Shown here: one piece after another, positions 9,011-18,615 of the stretch | Numbering within the stretch: position 1 is the stretch's first letter | How the letters are laid out: each line of letters starts with the position of its first letter | Source: Patescibacteria group bacterium | Lineage (GTDB): Bacteria > Patescibacteriota > UBA1384 > XYA2-FULL-43-10 > 1-14-0-10-43-13 | NCBI GenBank assembly: GCA_022705465.1 | Contig: JAKJEK010000001.1 | Coordinates: 1 to 27,964, forward strand | Length of the DNA stretch: 27,964 nt | Direction: 5' to 3' | Translations under genes and position numbers: made by a program | The notes under the pieces: model-generated | Told to the model about the DNA's origin: nothing | Databases searched by the model: none | Seen by the model: the letters and a program-made list of their open reading frames with translations, nothing else

Positions 9011-10277
9011 AAAAGTATTTGTATGTAATAGTTGTGGTAATGAATTTGCTGCATGGAGCGGTCAGTGTTTGGCGTGTGGTGAGTGGAACACATTGTCAGA
9101 GTTTAGTGTGGAATCGGCAGCAGCGTCCGTTAGAACGAGTGAGCTCAAACCCCAGAAATTATCCGAAATCCCCAGCTCCAAGCATGAACGTATAAAAAGT
9201 GACATCTTGGAATTTGATAGGGTGGTTGGTGGCGGCATCGTGCCCGGTTCAATTATTTTGGTGGGTGGTGAGCCGGGGATTGGAAAGTCGACTTTGTTGC
9301 TGCAGATTTCTGCCAAGATTGGGAAGGCATTGTACATCAGTGGTGAGGAATCGTTAGGTCAAATCAAAGAACGTGCAGATCGCCTAAAGGTCGATGCTAA
9401 CAGAATTGAATTGGTTGCTGACGGTGATTTGGAGGCAATCGAACAGCATATCAGGCAGACTTCGCCATCATTTATTATTATCGATTCAATCCAGACGGTA
9501 TTTTTAAATTCTGTTCCATCGACAGCTGGTAGTTTGGTTCAGGTTCGAGAATCGGGACTGTTTTTGCAAAGACTGGCAAAAACTTCCGGCATTCCAATCG
9601 TGATAGTTGGACATGTGACGAAAGAGGGTTCGATCGCAGGGCCACGTACTTTGGAGCATCTGGTTGATGTAGTGTTGTATTTTGAAGGAGATCGCTATCA
9701 CGATATTCGGATATTACGTGGAGTTAAGAATCGTTTTGGCCCAACGAACGAGGTGGGAATATTTACAATTCAAGGTGAAGGATTGGTTGAGGTGAGAAAT
9801 CCTTCAGATGTATTTTTGGAGGAGAGGCAGAAATCTCCAGGAAGTGTGATAACAGCTACACTGGAGGGCACGCGTCCGATACTGGTAGAGGTGCAGGCGC
9901 TTGTAACACCAACTCATTTCGGTTATCCGAGACGGATGAGTTCAGGTTTCGACTTAAACCGTTTAAATTTGTTGGCGGCTGTAATTTCTAAGACAACCAA
10001 TGTTAACTTGAGTAACCATGATATTTATTTAAATGTTACGGGCGGAATCAAACTCCAGGAGCCATCAGTTGATTTAGCCGTTGTAGCATCAATAATCTCG
10101 TCATATAAAAATACGGCTATACCGGCAGACCTTTGTTTATTTGGAGAAGTTGGTTTGTCGGGGGAAATAAGAAGAGTGCGCCGACAACAAGATCGGACCA
10201 AAGAGGCAGAGGGTCTTGGTTTTCGGGTAGCGCAAGACACAAGACACTTATCCCAAATAATGAATTTATTTGCCTAA
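8994..10277 (+). CDS. radA: DNA repair protein RadA/Sms
   Basis: Zn finger CNSCG...GQCLACGEWNT, Walker A GEPGIGKST, IIDSIQT, KNRFG motif, Lon-like C-terminal domain. Confidence 0.97.
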   Translation: MSKKSRKVFVCNSCGNEFAAWSGQCLACGEWNTLSEFSVESAAASVRTSELKPQKLSEIPSSKHERIKSDILEFDRVVGGGIVPGSIILVGGEPGIGKSTLLLQISAKIGKALYISGEESLGQIKERADRLKVDANRIELVADGDLEAIEQHIRQTSPSFIIIDSIQTVFLNSVPSTAGSLVQVRESGLFLQRLAKTSGIPIVIVGHVTKEGSIAGPRTLEHLVDVVLYFEGDRYHDIRILRGVKNRFGPTNEVGIFTIQGEGLVEVRNPSDVFLEERQKSPGSVITATLEGTRPILVEVQALVTPTHFGYPRRMSSGFDLNRLNLLAAVISKTTNVNLSNHDIYLNVTGGIKLQEPSVDLAVVASIISSYKNTAIPADLCLFGEVGLSGEIRRVRRQQDRTKEAEGLGFRVAQDTRHLSQIMNLFA

Positions 10278-10330
10278 CGCCAAAATGGAAGTAGGACTAT
10301 AGTGTGATAAATGTGCTGGGTTGATGCAGC

Positions 10331-13135
10331 TCAGGGAGTCTTAAATGTTTTTTCGGCTGAAGCTTTCGAGTTTCCACTAAGATCTACGGACTGAACCCTG
10401 AAGTAGTAGCGGGTGTTTGGTGATAGTCCGGTTATTGTAACGGAATGGGCTTTACTAAGCGAAGAGCTAATATCGGAAACATAAATGTAGTCGCTAAGCT
10501 TGCTGCGTTCTCGCGTGTCCAGGAAGACTTGAGAGGTTGCTGGTTCGTTAGTTGTCCATTCGATTACGACTGAATTTGCACTAGGGGTTGCTTTTATATT
10601 ATCGATTATCGGGGCGTCACTATCCTGACTAATACTAATAGTAACTGAACTTGTGCTTGTTGCGCCGAACTCAGTTGTCGCTCGGGCAGAAATTTTATGA
10701 TTGCTGTCAGCCGAAAGGGTGTCGGCGTTAAAGCTCATGGTATATGGTGGATTGGTAACCGTGCCAATAGAGATATCATCAACAAAGAACTCTACAGAGG
10801 TAATAGCGAACGGACTGTTTACATCAGCAGAAATCTGTATTTCACCCGAGACACTACTGCTGTCCACTGGGTTTGTGATGGTGATTGCCGGTGAAAAATC
10901 TTTAGCGGAGCAAAAGTCTTTGGGGGCTGAGTCGTAGAAACCATTTGCCTGAGCCCAAGCACGCACAGGTCCTTCCCAGTTGGGTCGATCAGGAAACTCG
11001 GATTGAACGATTGTGATAACACGAACCTCGGTAAGAACTTGAGGAAGATCCTCGGGGGCTTTTTTGTTTAATCCTTTACAAAGGTTCATAGGCAGGTGAA
11101 TGTCGTCCTTATCGGTGGGAACCTGCCAGCTGGCAAATATATCTTTGGTAAACTCTCTAGAGTATTGAGATGGGAGTTTGTTGGAGTACTTTTCCACTTC
11201 AACTTCAACAATGTTTTCTGGTCGCTCAAACTGTTCGGGCTCTATGCCTTCCAATGCGCTTTCGATAAAACGATGAAATATCGGTCCGGCAACAATCGAG
11301 CCATCTGCTCCTGTTTTCATTTTTACACCGTTGCTGTTACCGACCCAGACGGCAACGGAAATAGATGGGGTGTAGCCGACGGTCCAGGCATCTTTATAGT
11401 CAGAAGTTGTCCCGGTTTTTGCTGCAACCGGCCGATTTGGGAAGAAGAGGGATGATCGGGGGCCAAAGACTGGAGTTCTTGCTTCGTTATCAGAGAGAAT
11501 GTGACTTATTTGATATGCGATTTGCGGGTCAAGTGCTTTGCGGCCAACATCTTCGGTGGGCTTGTATTCAAATAAGGTTCGATTCCTGGAGTCCGTGATT
11601 TTTACAACACTTTTTATGTCGTGTTTGATGCCTTTGTTGGCGAATACACCAAAAGCCCCGGCCATTTCGACAGGTTTAATTTCTCCTACCCCAAGAGCAA
11701 GTGATAGGCCGTAGCGATCGCGGTCGGTTAAGGAGGTAATGCCAAGATCTTCGGCAGTGCGGATGACGTTGTCCATGCCGACCATTGCAAACATTTTCAC
11801 GGCCGGGATGTTAAGAGAGTTGGCAAGTGCGTGGCGGGTGGTGACAGGTCCGCTGAATCTGCCGTTGTAGTTTTGAGGTATGTACCCACCACCAAAGTCG
11901 GTTTGAAGATCAAATAAGATCTTTGATGGAGAATATTCTTTCTTTTTAAACGCAGCGGCATAGGTTATTGGTTTGAATGATGATCCGGGTTGACGAGGTG
12001 AATCTGCCACATTAACATTGCCGTCAATGCTGGTATCAAAAAAGTCTTTTGAACCAACCATGGCTAATATTTGTCCAGTTTTGGGATCGATGGCCGTAAT
12101 GGCGGCATTACTGGCACCGTATCGCGATAGCTTGCCAACTTCCTCGGCTACAGCTGCTTCAGCTTTTTTCTGAAGTTCATAGTCAAGGCTGGTAATAATA
12201 CGTAACCCTTCTTGTTGAATTTTTTCTTCACCATAATCCTCCGCTACTTGTTCCAACACATACATGGCGAAGTGGGGCGCTAAAATGGTATCACGCCTGG
12301 CTTTTAGTGTGGTACCAAGAGTGGTTGTATCTTCTTGCTTGGCCTTTTCGGCTTCTTCGGCACTGATTTTGCCGGTTTCGTGCATACGATCAATCACATA
12401 ATTGCGGCGAGCAACTAACTCTTTAACGTGAGTACCGTAGGGTGAGTAGTAGGTTGGAGCACGAGGTATAGCAGCCAGAGTCGCTGACTCAGCGATGGTG
12501 AGATCGAGTGCAGACTTACCGTAATACATTCTCGCGGCTGCTTCGGCACCAGCGGTACTGTTGCCGTACGGAATTTCGTTGAGATACATGGTTAGGATTT
12601 CATCTTTGCTGAACATCATTTCCAGCTCGATTGCCAAAATAAGCTCTTTAATTTTCCTGGTAAGTGATCGATTAGGATTTAGGAGAGCATTTTTAACGTA
12701 TTGTTGAGTAATGGTTGAACCGCCACGAGCTCGTTTAGTCTTTCCTGTAACTTTTTCCATAACTGCTGATACAACGGCAGCACTATCAAATCCATGATGG
12801 CTATAGAATTTAGCATCTTCGGTAGCAATCGTGGCATCTTTAAGGTATTGAGAGATCTGGTCGTTTTTGACGATTGTCCTCTTTTGTTCGCCGGTCTCAT
12901 ATAGCAAAATCTCGCCGGTTCGATCGAAGATTTTGGTTGATTCGCTAGCTTGCCGATTTGCAATTTTGCTTGGGGTGGGGAGATCTTTAGTAAACCAGGC
13001 AAAGACAATGGCTGTCGATAACAACATAAAAGCTGCCGCATAAGCAAGATAAAGCGGCGCTTTCTTAAGTAATCTCCGAGTAATGATTGCCCTTTTAAGG
13101 GGCTTTCTCGTTTGATTGAAGGTAAATTTCTTCAT
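10331..13135 (-). CDS. Class A penicillin-binding protein (PBP1A family) with C-terminal bacterial Ig-like and FN3-like domains
   Basis: N-terminal TM; transglycosylase EDAKFYSHHG, GGSTITQQ, RKIKE; transpeptidase SSFK (SxxK), SLN, KTG. Tail: ITITNP...VEFFVD...PY (Ig-like) and WTTNEPATSQV...GLSPNTRYYFRV.S.D..GN (FN3-like). Confidence 0.95.
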   Translation of the reverse strand: MKKFTFNQTRKPLKRAIITRRLLKKAPLYLAYAAAFMLLSTAIVFAWFTKDLPTPSKIANRQASESTKIFDRTGEILLYETGEQKRTIVKNDQISQYLKDATIATEDAKFYSHHGFDSAAVVSAVMEKVTGKTKRARGGSTITQQYVKNALLNPNRSLTRKIKELILAIELEMMFSKDEILTMYLNEIPYGNSTAGAEAAARMYYGKSALDLTIAESATLAAIPRAPTYYSPYGTHVKELVARRNYVIDRMHETGKISAEEAEKAKQEDTTTLGTTLKARRDTILAPHFAMYVLEQVAEDYGEEKIQQEGLRIITSLDYELQKKAEAAVAEEVGKLSRYGASNAAITAIDPKTGQILAMVGSKDFFDTSIDGNVNVADSPRQPGSSFKPITYAAAFKKKEYSPSKILFDLQTDFGGGYIPQNYNGRFSGPVTTRHALANSLNIPAVKMFAMVGMDNVIRTAEDLGITSLTDRDRYGLSLALGVGEIKPVEMAGAFGVFANKGIKHDIKSVVKITDSRNRTLFEYKPTEDVGRKALDPQIAYQISHILSDNEARTPVFGPRSSLFFPNRPVAAKTGTTSDYKDAWTVGYTPSISVAVWVGNSNGVKMKTGADGSIVAGPIFHRFIESALEGIEPEQFERPENIVEVEVEKYSNKLPSQYSREFTKDIFASWQVPTDKDDIHLPMNLCKGLNKKAPEDLPQVLTEVRVITIVQSEFPDRPNWEGPVRAWAQANGFYDSAPKDFCSAKDFSPAITITNPVDSSSVSGEIQISADVNSPFAITSVEFFVDDISIGTVTNPPYTMSFNADTLSADSNHKISARATTEFGATSTSSVTISISQDSDAPIIDNIKATPSANSVVIEWTTNEPATSQVFLDTRERSKLSDYIYVSDISSSLSKAHSVTITGLSPNTRYYFRVQSVDLSGNSKASAEKTFKTP

Positions 13136-13147
13136 GTTTGTTTTCGC

Positions 13148-13176
13148 TTTACATTATACAATGAGACTGATAATAT
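13148..13176 (+). promoter_or_regulatory. sigma70-type promoter for tyrS-argS
   Basis: TTTACA (13148-13153), 17 nt, TAATAT (13171-13176). A second extended -10 candidate TGtTATTAT lies at 13195-13203. Confidence 0.55.
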
Positions 13177-13181
13177 GTAAA
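13153..13181 (-). promoter_or_regulatory. sigma70-type promoter for the PBP gene
   Basis: Minus strand TTTACA (13181-13176), 17 nt, TATAAT (13158-13153). The ATG at 13135 would have a leader of only about 11 nt. Confidence 0.65.
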
Positions 13182-13242
13182 CGGAAAAACGTTGTGTTAT
13201 TATACTATCGTTAAGTAAATAAATCAAGGTATGGAGAATCTC

Positions 13243-14412
13243 ATGAGAAAGGATTTTTTTGTGCGTGGGGTGGCGGAAATAATTGAAGAGAAATCCTTGA
13301 AGGATAAGCTTAAGTCCGGAAAGACCCTTCGTATCAAAATGGGGGTTGATCCAACTAGGCCCGATTTGCATCTTGGGCACACGGTAGCGATCAGAAAGTT
13401 GCGGGAGTTCCAGGAAGCGGGCCACAAGGTCATTTTTTTAATTGGTGACTTTACCGCAAAAGTCGGAGATCCTTCAGGAAAAAACAAGACGCGCCCAATG
13501 CTCGATGACCAGGATATTTTACGCAACGCGCAGACATACCTTGATCAGGTGGGAAAGATATTGGATATCGAAAAAACAGAATTGCGTAGAAACTCCGAGT
13601 GGTATTCAAAGATGGATTTCAACGATATTTTGCAAGTGGCAGCGAAGTTTACTGTGGCGCAGATTCTGGAGCGGGATGATTTCGAAAAAAGACTAAAGGG
13701 TGGATCAGACATTGGAATGCATGAATTACTTTATCCTATTATGCAAGCCTATGATTCGGTTATGCTCGAAGCTGATGTGGAGATGGGTGGTACTGACCAG
13801 AAGTTTAATATGTTGGCGGGACGTTCTCTTCAGAAAAAGATGGGGCAGGCGCCTCAGGACGTGATGACAATGAAACTGCTAGTTGGCTTGGATGGAAAAG
13901 AGAAAATGAGCAAGTCGCTCGATAACTATGTCAGTATTACCGAGGAGCCATCGCTACAGTTTGGTAAAATAATGTCCATTCCCGACAACTTAATTATTGA
14001 ATATTTTGATTTATGTACAGACATACCAAAGACAACAGTTGCTAAATACCAATCGGAAATGGAGAACGGGGCGAACCCAAGAGACTATAAGGAAAAGTTG
14101 GCGCTTGAGATCGTAAAGATGTATCACGGAAGCGAGTCGGCCAAAGAGGCAAAAGAGAGTTTCGTGCGTCAGTTCCGTGAGAAAGAGCTACCCGAAGACA
14201 TGCCCGAAGTGAAACTGGAAGGCAGGTACAAGCTTCCATTGTTACTGATAAGTCTTGGTGCAGTGGGATCCAATTCGGAAGCCAGGCGTTTAATAGAGCA
14301 GGGTGGAGTGAGAGTCGATGGTGCGAAATTGGAAGATCCAAACTCAATTGTTTCCGTCTACGGAGGCATGGTAGTTCAAGTTGGGAAAAGACGTTTTTAT
14401 AAAATTAAATAG
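13243..14412 (+). CDS. tyrS: Tyrosyl-tRNA synthetase
   Basis: GVDPT..DLHLGH (HIGH), GG.DQKFN, KMSKS, C-terminal S4-like domain. ATG 13243 has GGAG 6 nt upstream; in-frame ATG 13231 is the alternative. Confidence 0.97.
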   Translation: MRKDFFVRGVAEIIEEKSLKDKLKSGKTLRIKMGVDPTRPDLHLGHTVAIRKLREFQEAGHKVIFLIGDFTAKVGDPSGKNKTRPMLDDQDILRNAQTYLDQVGKILDIEKTELRRNSEWYSKMDFNDILQVAAKFTVAQILERDDFEKRLKGGSDIGMHELLYPIMQAYDSVMLEADVEMGGTDQKFNMLAGRSLQKKMGQAPQDVMTMKLLVGLDGKEKMSKSLDNYVSITEEPSLQFGKIMSIPDNLIIEYFDLCTDIPKTTVAKYQSEMENGANPRDYKEKLALEIVKMYHGSESAKEAKESFVRQFREKELPEDMPEVKLEGRYKLPLLLISLGAVGSNSEARRLIEQGGVRVDGAKLEDPNSIVSVYGGMVVQVGKRRFYKIK

Positions 14413-14435
14413 AATGCAAGCATATAAGAGGTTTA

Positions 14436-16094
14436 ATGGTATACGAGGTTGTAAGAAAAGAGGTTGCTGAAGCGGTTGATCGCGCTGGATATCAGATGCC
14501 GGCAAACATTAAGATTGATGAGCCGCCAAGACCAGAGATGGGCGACTTTGCAACAAATGTTGCAATGTTGATTGGTCGGGAATATGGGATTCATCCGACT
14601 GAAGCGGCGGGAAAGATTGCTGATCAGTTGAGAAAGTTTAGTGAGATTGAGGAGGTCGAGGTTGCCGGCCCAGGCTTTCTTAATATATTTCTGTCCGATG
14701 ATTTCTACCTGAATGGTTTGCGGGATGTGCTTGACCAAGCCGAAGAATATGGCCATAGCCTAATTGGCAAAGGTCAGAAAGTAAATGTTGAGTATATTTC
14801 AGCTAATCCCACTGGTCCTTTGCATGTAGGAAATGCACGTGGCGGTCCAATCGGTGAGGCATTGGCCAACCTGTTTTCATTTTTGGGATATCAGGTGGAC
14901 AGAGAATTTTATGTTAATGATATTGGCGGTCAGGTCGATAGGTTTGCAGAGTCCTTGTACTACTGGTACGCAGTAAAGGAAGACTCAAGAGTGTCTTTTC
15001 CTGAGGGCGGGTATCCGGGCGAGTATATCAAAGAGATTTCCGAAGAGATACAGAAGAGCAAAGCAAAAGAGCTGGCGCAACTACGTCAGATGGAGGATAT
15101 TGTTGAGTTCTTTAAACTTGAAGGATTAGCAAGAATTGTCAGCCAGATCAGAGAAGATTCAGGATTACTAGGAATTACCTTCGATAACTGGATTTATCAG
15201 AGTGAGTTTGAGATAAGTGGCGAGTCGCAAGATGTTGTTACCAAGCTAAAAGATATTGGCGCTACGGTTAACAAGGAAGGTGCGCTCTGGTTTAAACGTC
15301 CAGATGATCCAGATTTGGCTGACCGAGAGAGTGTATTGAGAAAAAGTGATGAAACAGGAACTTTGACGTATTTTGCTGATGATATCGCATATCATAAGGA
15401 TAAGTATGAGCGCGAGTATGATCTGTTAATAGATGTATGGGGAGCAAATCATCACGGTCATGTCCCAAGACTCAACGCTGCGGTTTCGGTGTTGGGTTAT
15501 TCGCCAGACAAATTGAGAATCGTTTTATACCAGTATGTGCGTCTAAAGCGCGGCGGGGAAGTGGTCAAAATGGGTAAGCGTTTTGGAAATTTCGTAACAC
15601 TAAGAGAAATTATTGAAGAAGGTGTAACAGCTGATGCGTTCAAATATTTTATTTTAACTCAAAACCCTGATACACCGATGGATTTTGATCTGCAATTGGC
15701 AAAAGACACGTCGGAAAAAAATCCAGTATTTTATATCAAATACGCCCACGCTAGAATTTGTAGTATTTTGCGTAAGGCCAGCGAGCAAGGGCAAGATAGT
15801 CTATCGCAACCAGACCTTACTTTACTGGCGGCAAATAAAGAAAAAATGTTATATAAGGAACTGATTAAGTTTCCTGAGTTGTTGTCAAATGTGGCATTGG
15901 ATTTTCAGATTCAAGCGATTGCACACTACGCATACAGAATTGCCGGATTGTTTCATGATTTTTACACAGAGTGCCAAGTGCTTGGTGAGGATCAGAAGTT
16001 GACAGCTGCACGTCTTGCTTTAACAAGGTCAACAAAATATGTTCTAGCCAATGCCCTCAAGATTCTTGATATCGAGGCTCCGGAAAAGATGTAA
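14436..16094 (+). CDS. argS: Arginyl-tRNA synthetase
   Basis: GDFATN, GPGFLN, VEYISANPTGPLHVGNARG, KMGKR (KMSKS-like), YIKYAHARICSI, PEKM C-terminus. Confidence 0.97.
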   Translation: MVYEVVRKEVAEAVDRAGYQMPANIKIDEPPRPEMGDFATNVAMLIGREYGIHPTEAAGKIADQLRKFSEIEEVEVAGPGFLNIFLSDDFYLNGLRDVLDQAEEYGHSLIGKGQKVNVEYISANPTGPLHVGNARGGPIGEALANLFSFLGYQVDREFYVNDIGGQVDRFAESLYYWYAVKEDSRVSFPEGGYPGEYIKEISEEIQKSKAKELAQLRQMEDIVEFFKLEGLARIVSQIREDSGLLGITFDNWIYQSEFEISGESQDVVTKLKDIGATVNKEGALWFKRPDDPDLADRESVLRKSDETGTLTYFADDIAYHKDKYEREYDLLIDVWGANHHGHVPRLNAAVSVLGYSPDKLRIVLYQYVRLKRGGEVVKMGKRFGNFVTLREIIEEGVTADAFKYFILTQNPDTPMDFDLQLAKDTSEKNPVFYIKYAHARICSILRKASEQGQDSLSQPDLTLLAANKEKMLYKELIKFPELLSNVALDFQIQAIAHYAYRIAGLFHDFYTECQVLGEDQKLTAARLALTRSTKYVLANALKILDIEAPEKM

Positions 16095-16098
16095 AAGT

Positions 16099-16134
16099 AA
16101 TTAAAAAGCGATCAGAAATGGTCGCTTTTTAATT
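16099..16134. terminator. Bidirectional intrinsic terminator between convergent argS and the PP2C-like gene
   Basis: aattaaaaagcga-tc-agaaat-gg-tcgctttttaatt: 13-bp perfect inverted repeat with A/T tracts on both arms. Confidence 0.85.
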
Positions 16135-16149
16135 TATCTAGACTGACGG

Positions 16150-18384
16150 TTAAATGTTTACTTCGAAGATGTTACCATCGGAAAGTATCCACAATTTTTG
16201 TAATTTTGAGTTAACAACAAAGTCGTGAATTTGGGCGCCATCGAGAGTGTACTGATTTATAAACTCGCCGGTTTTGCTGAATTTGACAATGCGATTTTGT
16301 TTGTTGTCAAAGATATACAGATATGGAGTATCACTATTGGTAAATATGGAAGTTGGTTGTTCGATTTGAATATTAGGTACTGGAAGGGGCTTGAGTGAGA
16401 AGGTAGTTTCGTGTGTGCCACGAGTGAACTTGGTTACGGCAGTGTCGCTGTGAAGGACATAAATGTCGCCGTCTACGGCCAGGTCGATTGCATTGCTGAG
16501 TGATGGTTTACGTGAAGTAGTGTAAGCGCTGGCCTTTGAGTAGGTTGGTTTATGATCGGAGTATTTCCAGATCTGGTTTTCGGACGCATCCAACAGATAG
16601 ATGTTTGTTGAATAACTGCCGATTGCATTCGCGTTTTTCCAGATGCCTTGTTCGTCCTCCGTCGCTACTTCACTAAAGGTGCTGGTTAGTGGATCGTAGA
16701 GCAACACTTTGTTTTTATCGGTGTATATGAATACTTTATTGGTGTTGTGCGAATTCGTGAGGTCAACTGCGGTACCGTATTCTTTGCCAATTGAAGCGAC
16801 TAGTCGCGAATCCCAGTCTTGAGTATGGGTGGAATATATTTTCCCGTTATCACCTATTCCAAGAATTTCTGAACTAAAGAGGGTAAACTTTTTGATATTG
16901 TTGCCAAGTGCTGTTGCTGGTGACGAAGCGTAGACGCGTTCTGTCGCGGTTAGATTGTCGAGTGATAGTTGGATTTCTTTGACGAGTTGAGCGGAGCTGT
17001 CTTTGGTTGGAGCATATTCCAGCGATTTTTGTGCGGTCTCCATAGCTTGATACATTTTCTCAACTCCACCAGTTTTACCTAGGGCAACGTCCTCTTTGGC
17101 AGCGTTGAACAATACTCTGGCTTCATCGTATGATTTAGCAAGGGTATTCTCCTGTATCATTTGCTGCTGAGCTGTGCTTTTATTGTGAATTTTTAGGTAA
17201 ACACCTAAGACGAGAATGGCAATCAAAGTGGCATAAATATACTTGCGGTTCTGTGGTTTTGGCAGTGACCTGACAAATGAACCAATTCGATTAAGAATTG
17301 CTTGAACTGCTGGTGAAGTTTTCCCGACAATTTGACTAATAAGTGATCGGTAGCCGCTAGTTGTGTGTTGTTTTATTGTGTTAAGGGCGGAGGAGTCACT
17401 AATTTTGGAAGCCGCCTTGTGGGCAATTGGTTTTATGGCTGGTGAAATGTTGTCACTGATTTTTTCAGCACGTTTCTTGCCTTTACTGATTAATTCATGA
17501 CTTTTAGGGCCATACTTATCGTGCCAGGACTGTTGAAAGGAGCTGATTAAACGACCGGTGTTTTCCTTTGTCCAGCGATAAGAACTTGCGGTTTGTTTAA
17601 CGATTTTGTCCTGATACGGGGTGATATTTCGCCTGAACTTTTTCAAGGGTGTGTCGATGGGGTCGTCTAAATAAAATTGTTCTGGAAGATCATCCAAGGT
17701 TTGATTTGAAGCTTCTTTTAAATTGATGATTTCAATGGAGATGGCATTAAGATTGGTTACCTTCAGTCGTCTGAAATATAGGTAAAGTTCATTTATTATG
17801 GTTTTAGCTGTGCCATTGGCACTCATTTTTCTTAAACGGTCGAGCGAGAGGTGATTATATAGCTCGTTAGTGCCCAGAATAATGCGATCTCCTTCACTGA
17901 CTGATCCACTGATAACATTACTGAAGGCTTGTTTTGATGATGGCGGTTCGTGCAGGCTAGGGCGTTCAGTGATCGTAGAGATTTTACCGTTGCGATAGAT
18001 ATGGCCGGAGACACTTCCTGTTTGAGCGAGTAGGATTTCTTCGTGCGTTGCCAGACCGATGACTGCATTGAGATTGCCTATCCAATCTTTTTCACCACTT
18101 TGGGCTAAACTGCCGAGAGACTCATTAATCTTAACAATAATGTCTTCAAACAGCTCTTCAAGTGGTTTGTTGGGGTCATTGATTTCGTAATTATCAATGG
18201 TTTTGGTAATCGTTTTGGGGACTTTGGTTGAGGGAAACCAGGGACATAGGACCTCAATCAAATAGAAAAAGAATGCTTGGGGCATTTTCTCTTTATCGAT
18301 TTTTCCGCTGAATAAAAATCGGTCTGAGGTTTTTCCTCTAACCGTTAAATAGGCTGATCTAGTAATAATGTCAGATTTAGCCAT
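16150..18384 (-). CDS. Bitopic membrane protein: N-terminal PP2C/PPM-like domain, linker, TM, extracytoplasmic helical segment and NHL-like beta-propeller
   Basis: LNAVIG...ILLAQTG...IYRNGKI and GDRIILGTNEL fit a PP2C-fold pattern; TM YIYATLIAILVLGVYL; repeats such as AIDLAVDGDIYVL and YLYIFDNKQNRIVKFSKTG. GGAG upstream of ATG. Confidence 0.7.
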   Translation of the reverse strand: MAKSDIITRSAYLTVRGKTSDRFLFSGKIDKEKMPQAFFFYLIEVLCPWFPSTKVPKTITKTIDNYEINDPNKPLEELFEDIIVKINESLGSLAQSGEKDWIGNLNAVIGLATHEEILLAQTGSVSGHIYRNGKISTITERPSLHEPPSSKQAFSNVISGSVSEGDRIILGTNELYNHLSLDRLRKMSANGTAKTIINELYLYFRRLKVTNLNAISIEIINLKEASNQTLDDLPEQFYLDDPIDTPLKKFRRNITPYQDKIVKQTASSYRWTKENTGRLISSFQQSWHDKYGPKSHELISKGKKRAEKISDNISPAIKPIAHKAASKISDSSALNTIKQHTTSGYRSLISQIVGKTSPAVQAILNRIGSFVRSLPKPQNRKYIYATLIAILVLGVYLKIHNKSTAQQQMIQENTLAKSYDEARVLFNAAKEDVALGKTGGVEKMYQAMETAQKSLEYAPTKDSSAQLVKEIQLSLDNLTATERVYASSPATALGNNIKKFTLFSSEILGIGDNGKIYSTHTQDWDSRLVASIGKEYGTAVDLTNSHNTNKVFIYTDKNKVLLYDPLTSTFSEVATEDEQGIWKNANAIGSYSTNIYLLDASENQIWKYSDHKPTYSKASAYTTSRKPSLSNAIDLAVDGDIYVLHSDTAVTKFTRGTHETTFSLKPLPVPNIQIEQPTSIFTNSDTPYLYIFDNKQNRIVKFSKTGEFINQYTLDGAQIHDFVVNSKLQKLWILSDGNIFEVNI

Positions 18385-18581
18385 AAATCTCCGTTCCTAG
18401 AAATAACCCTCAGTTTGGACAGAGTTACTGATCTAAATTCTGTATTTATCTGAGGTTGCAAGAATTGTATAAGGCCTGTCGGTAACAGTAGGTACTACAA
18501 TTCATTTTACCAAAAAGGACCAACAAACAAAACCTTTGCCGCGGGCAAGTGAATGAATTTGCGGTGGCAAATGCCGGAGTG

Positions 18582-18610
18582 ATGCAAAAACGTCGAAAGT
18601 GTGTTAATAT
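18582..18610 (+). promoter_or_regulatory. sigma70-type promoter upstream of the candidate ncRNA
   Basis: ATGCAA (18582-18587), 17 nt, TAATAT (18605-18610), with TG at the extended -10 position. Predicted start about 18616-18617. Confidence 0.55.
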
Positions 18611-18615
18611 GAGGG

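Noticed and set aside
15568-15591. ArgS KMGKRFG instead of KMSK
   Set aside because: This loop is known to be variable in ArgRS; a single substitution is not informative.
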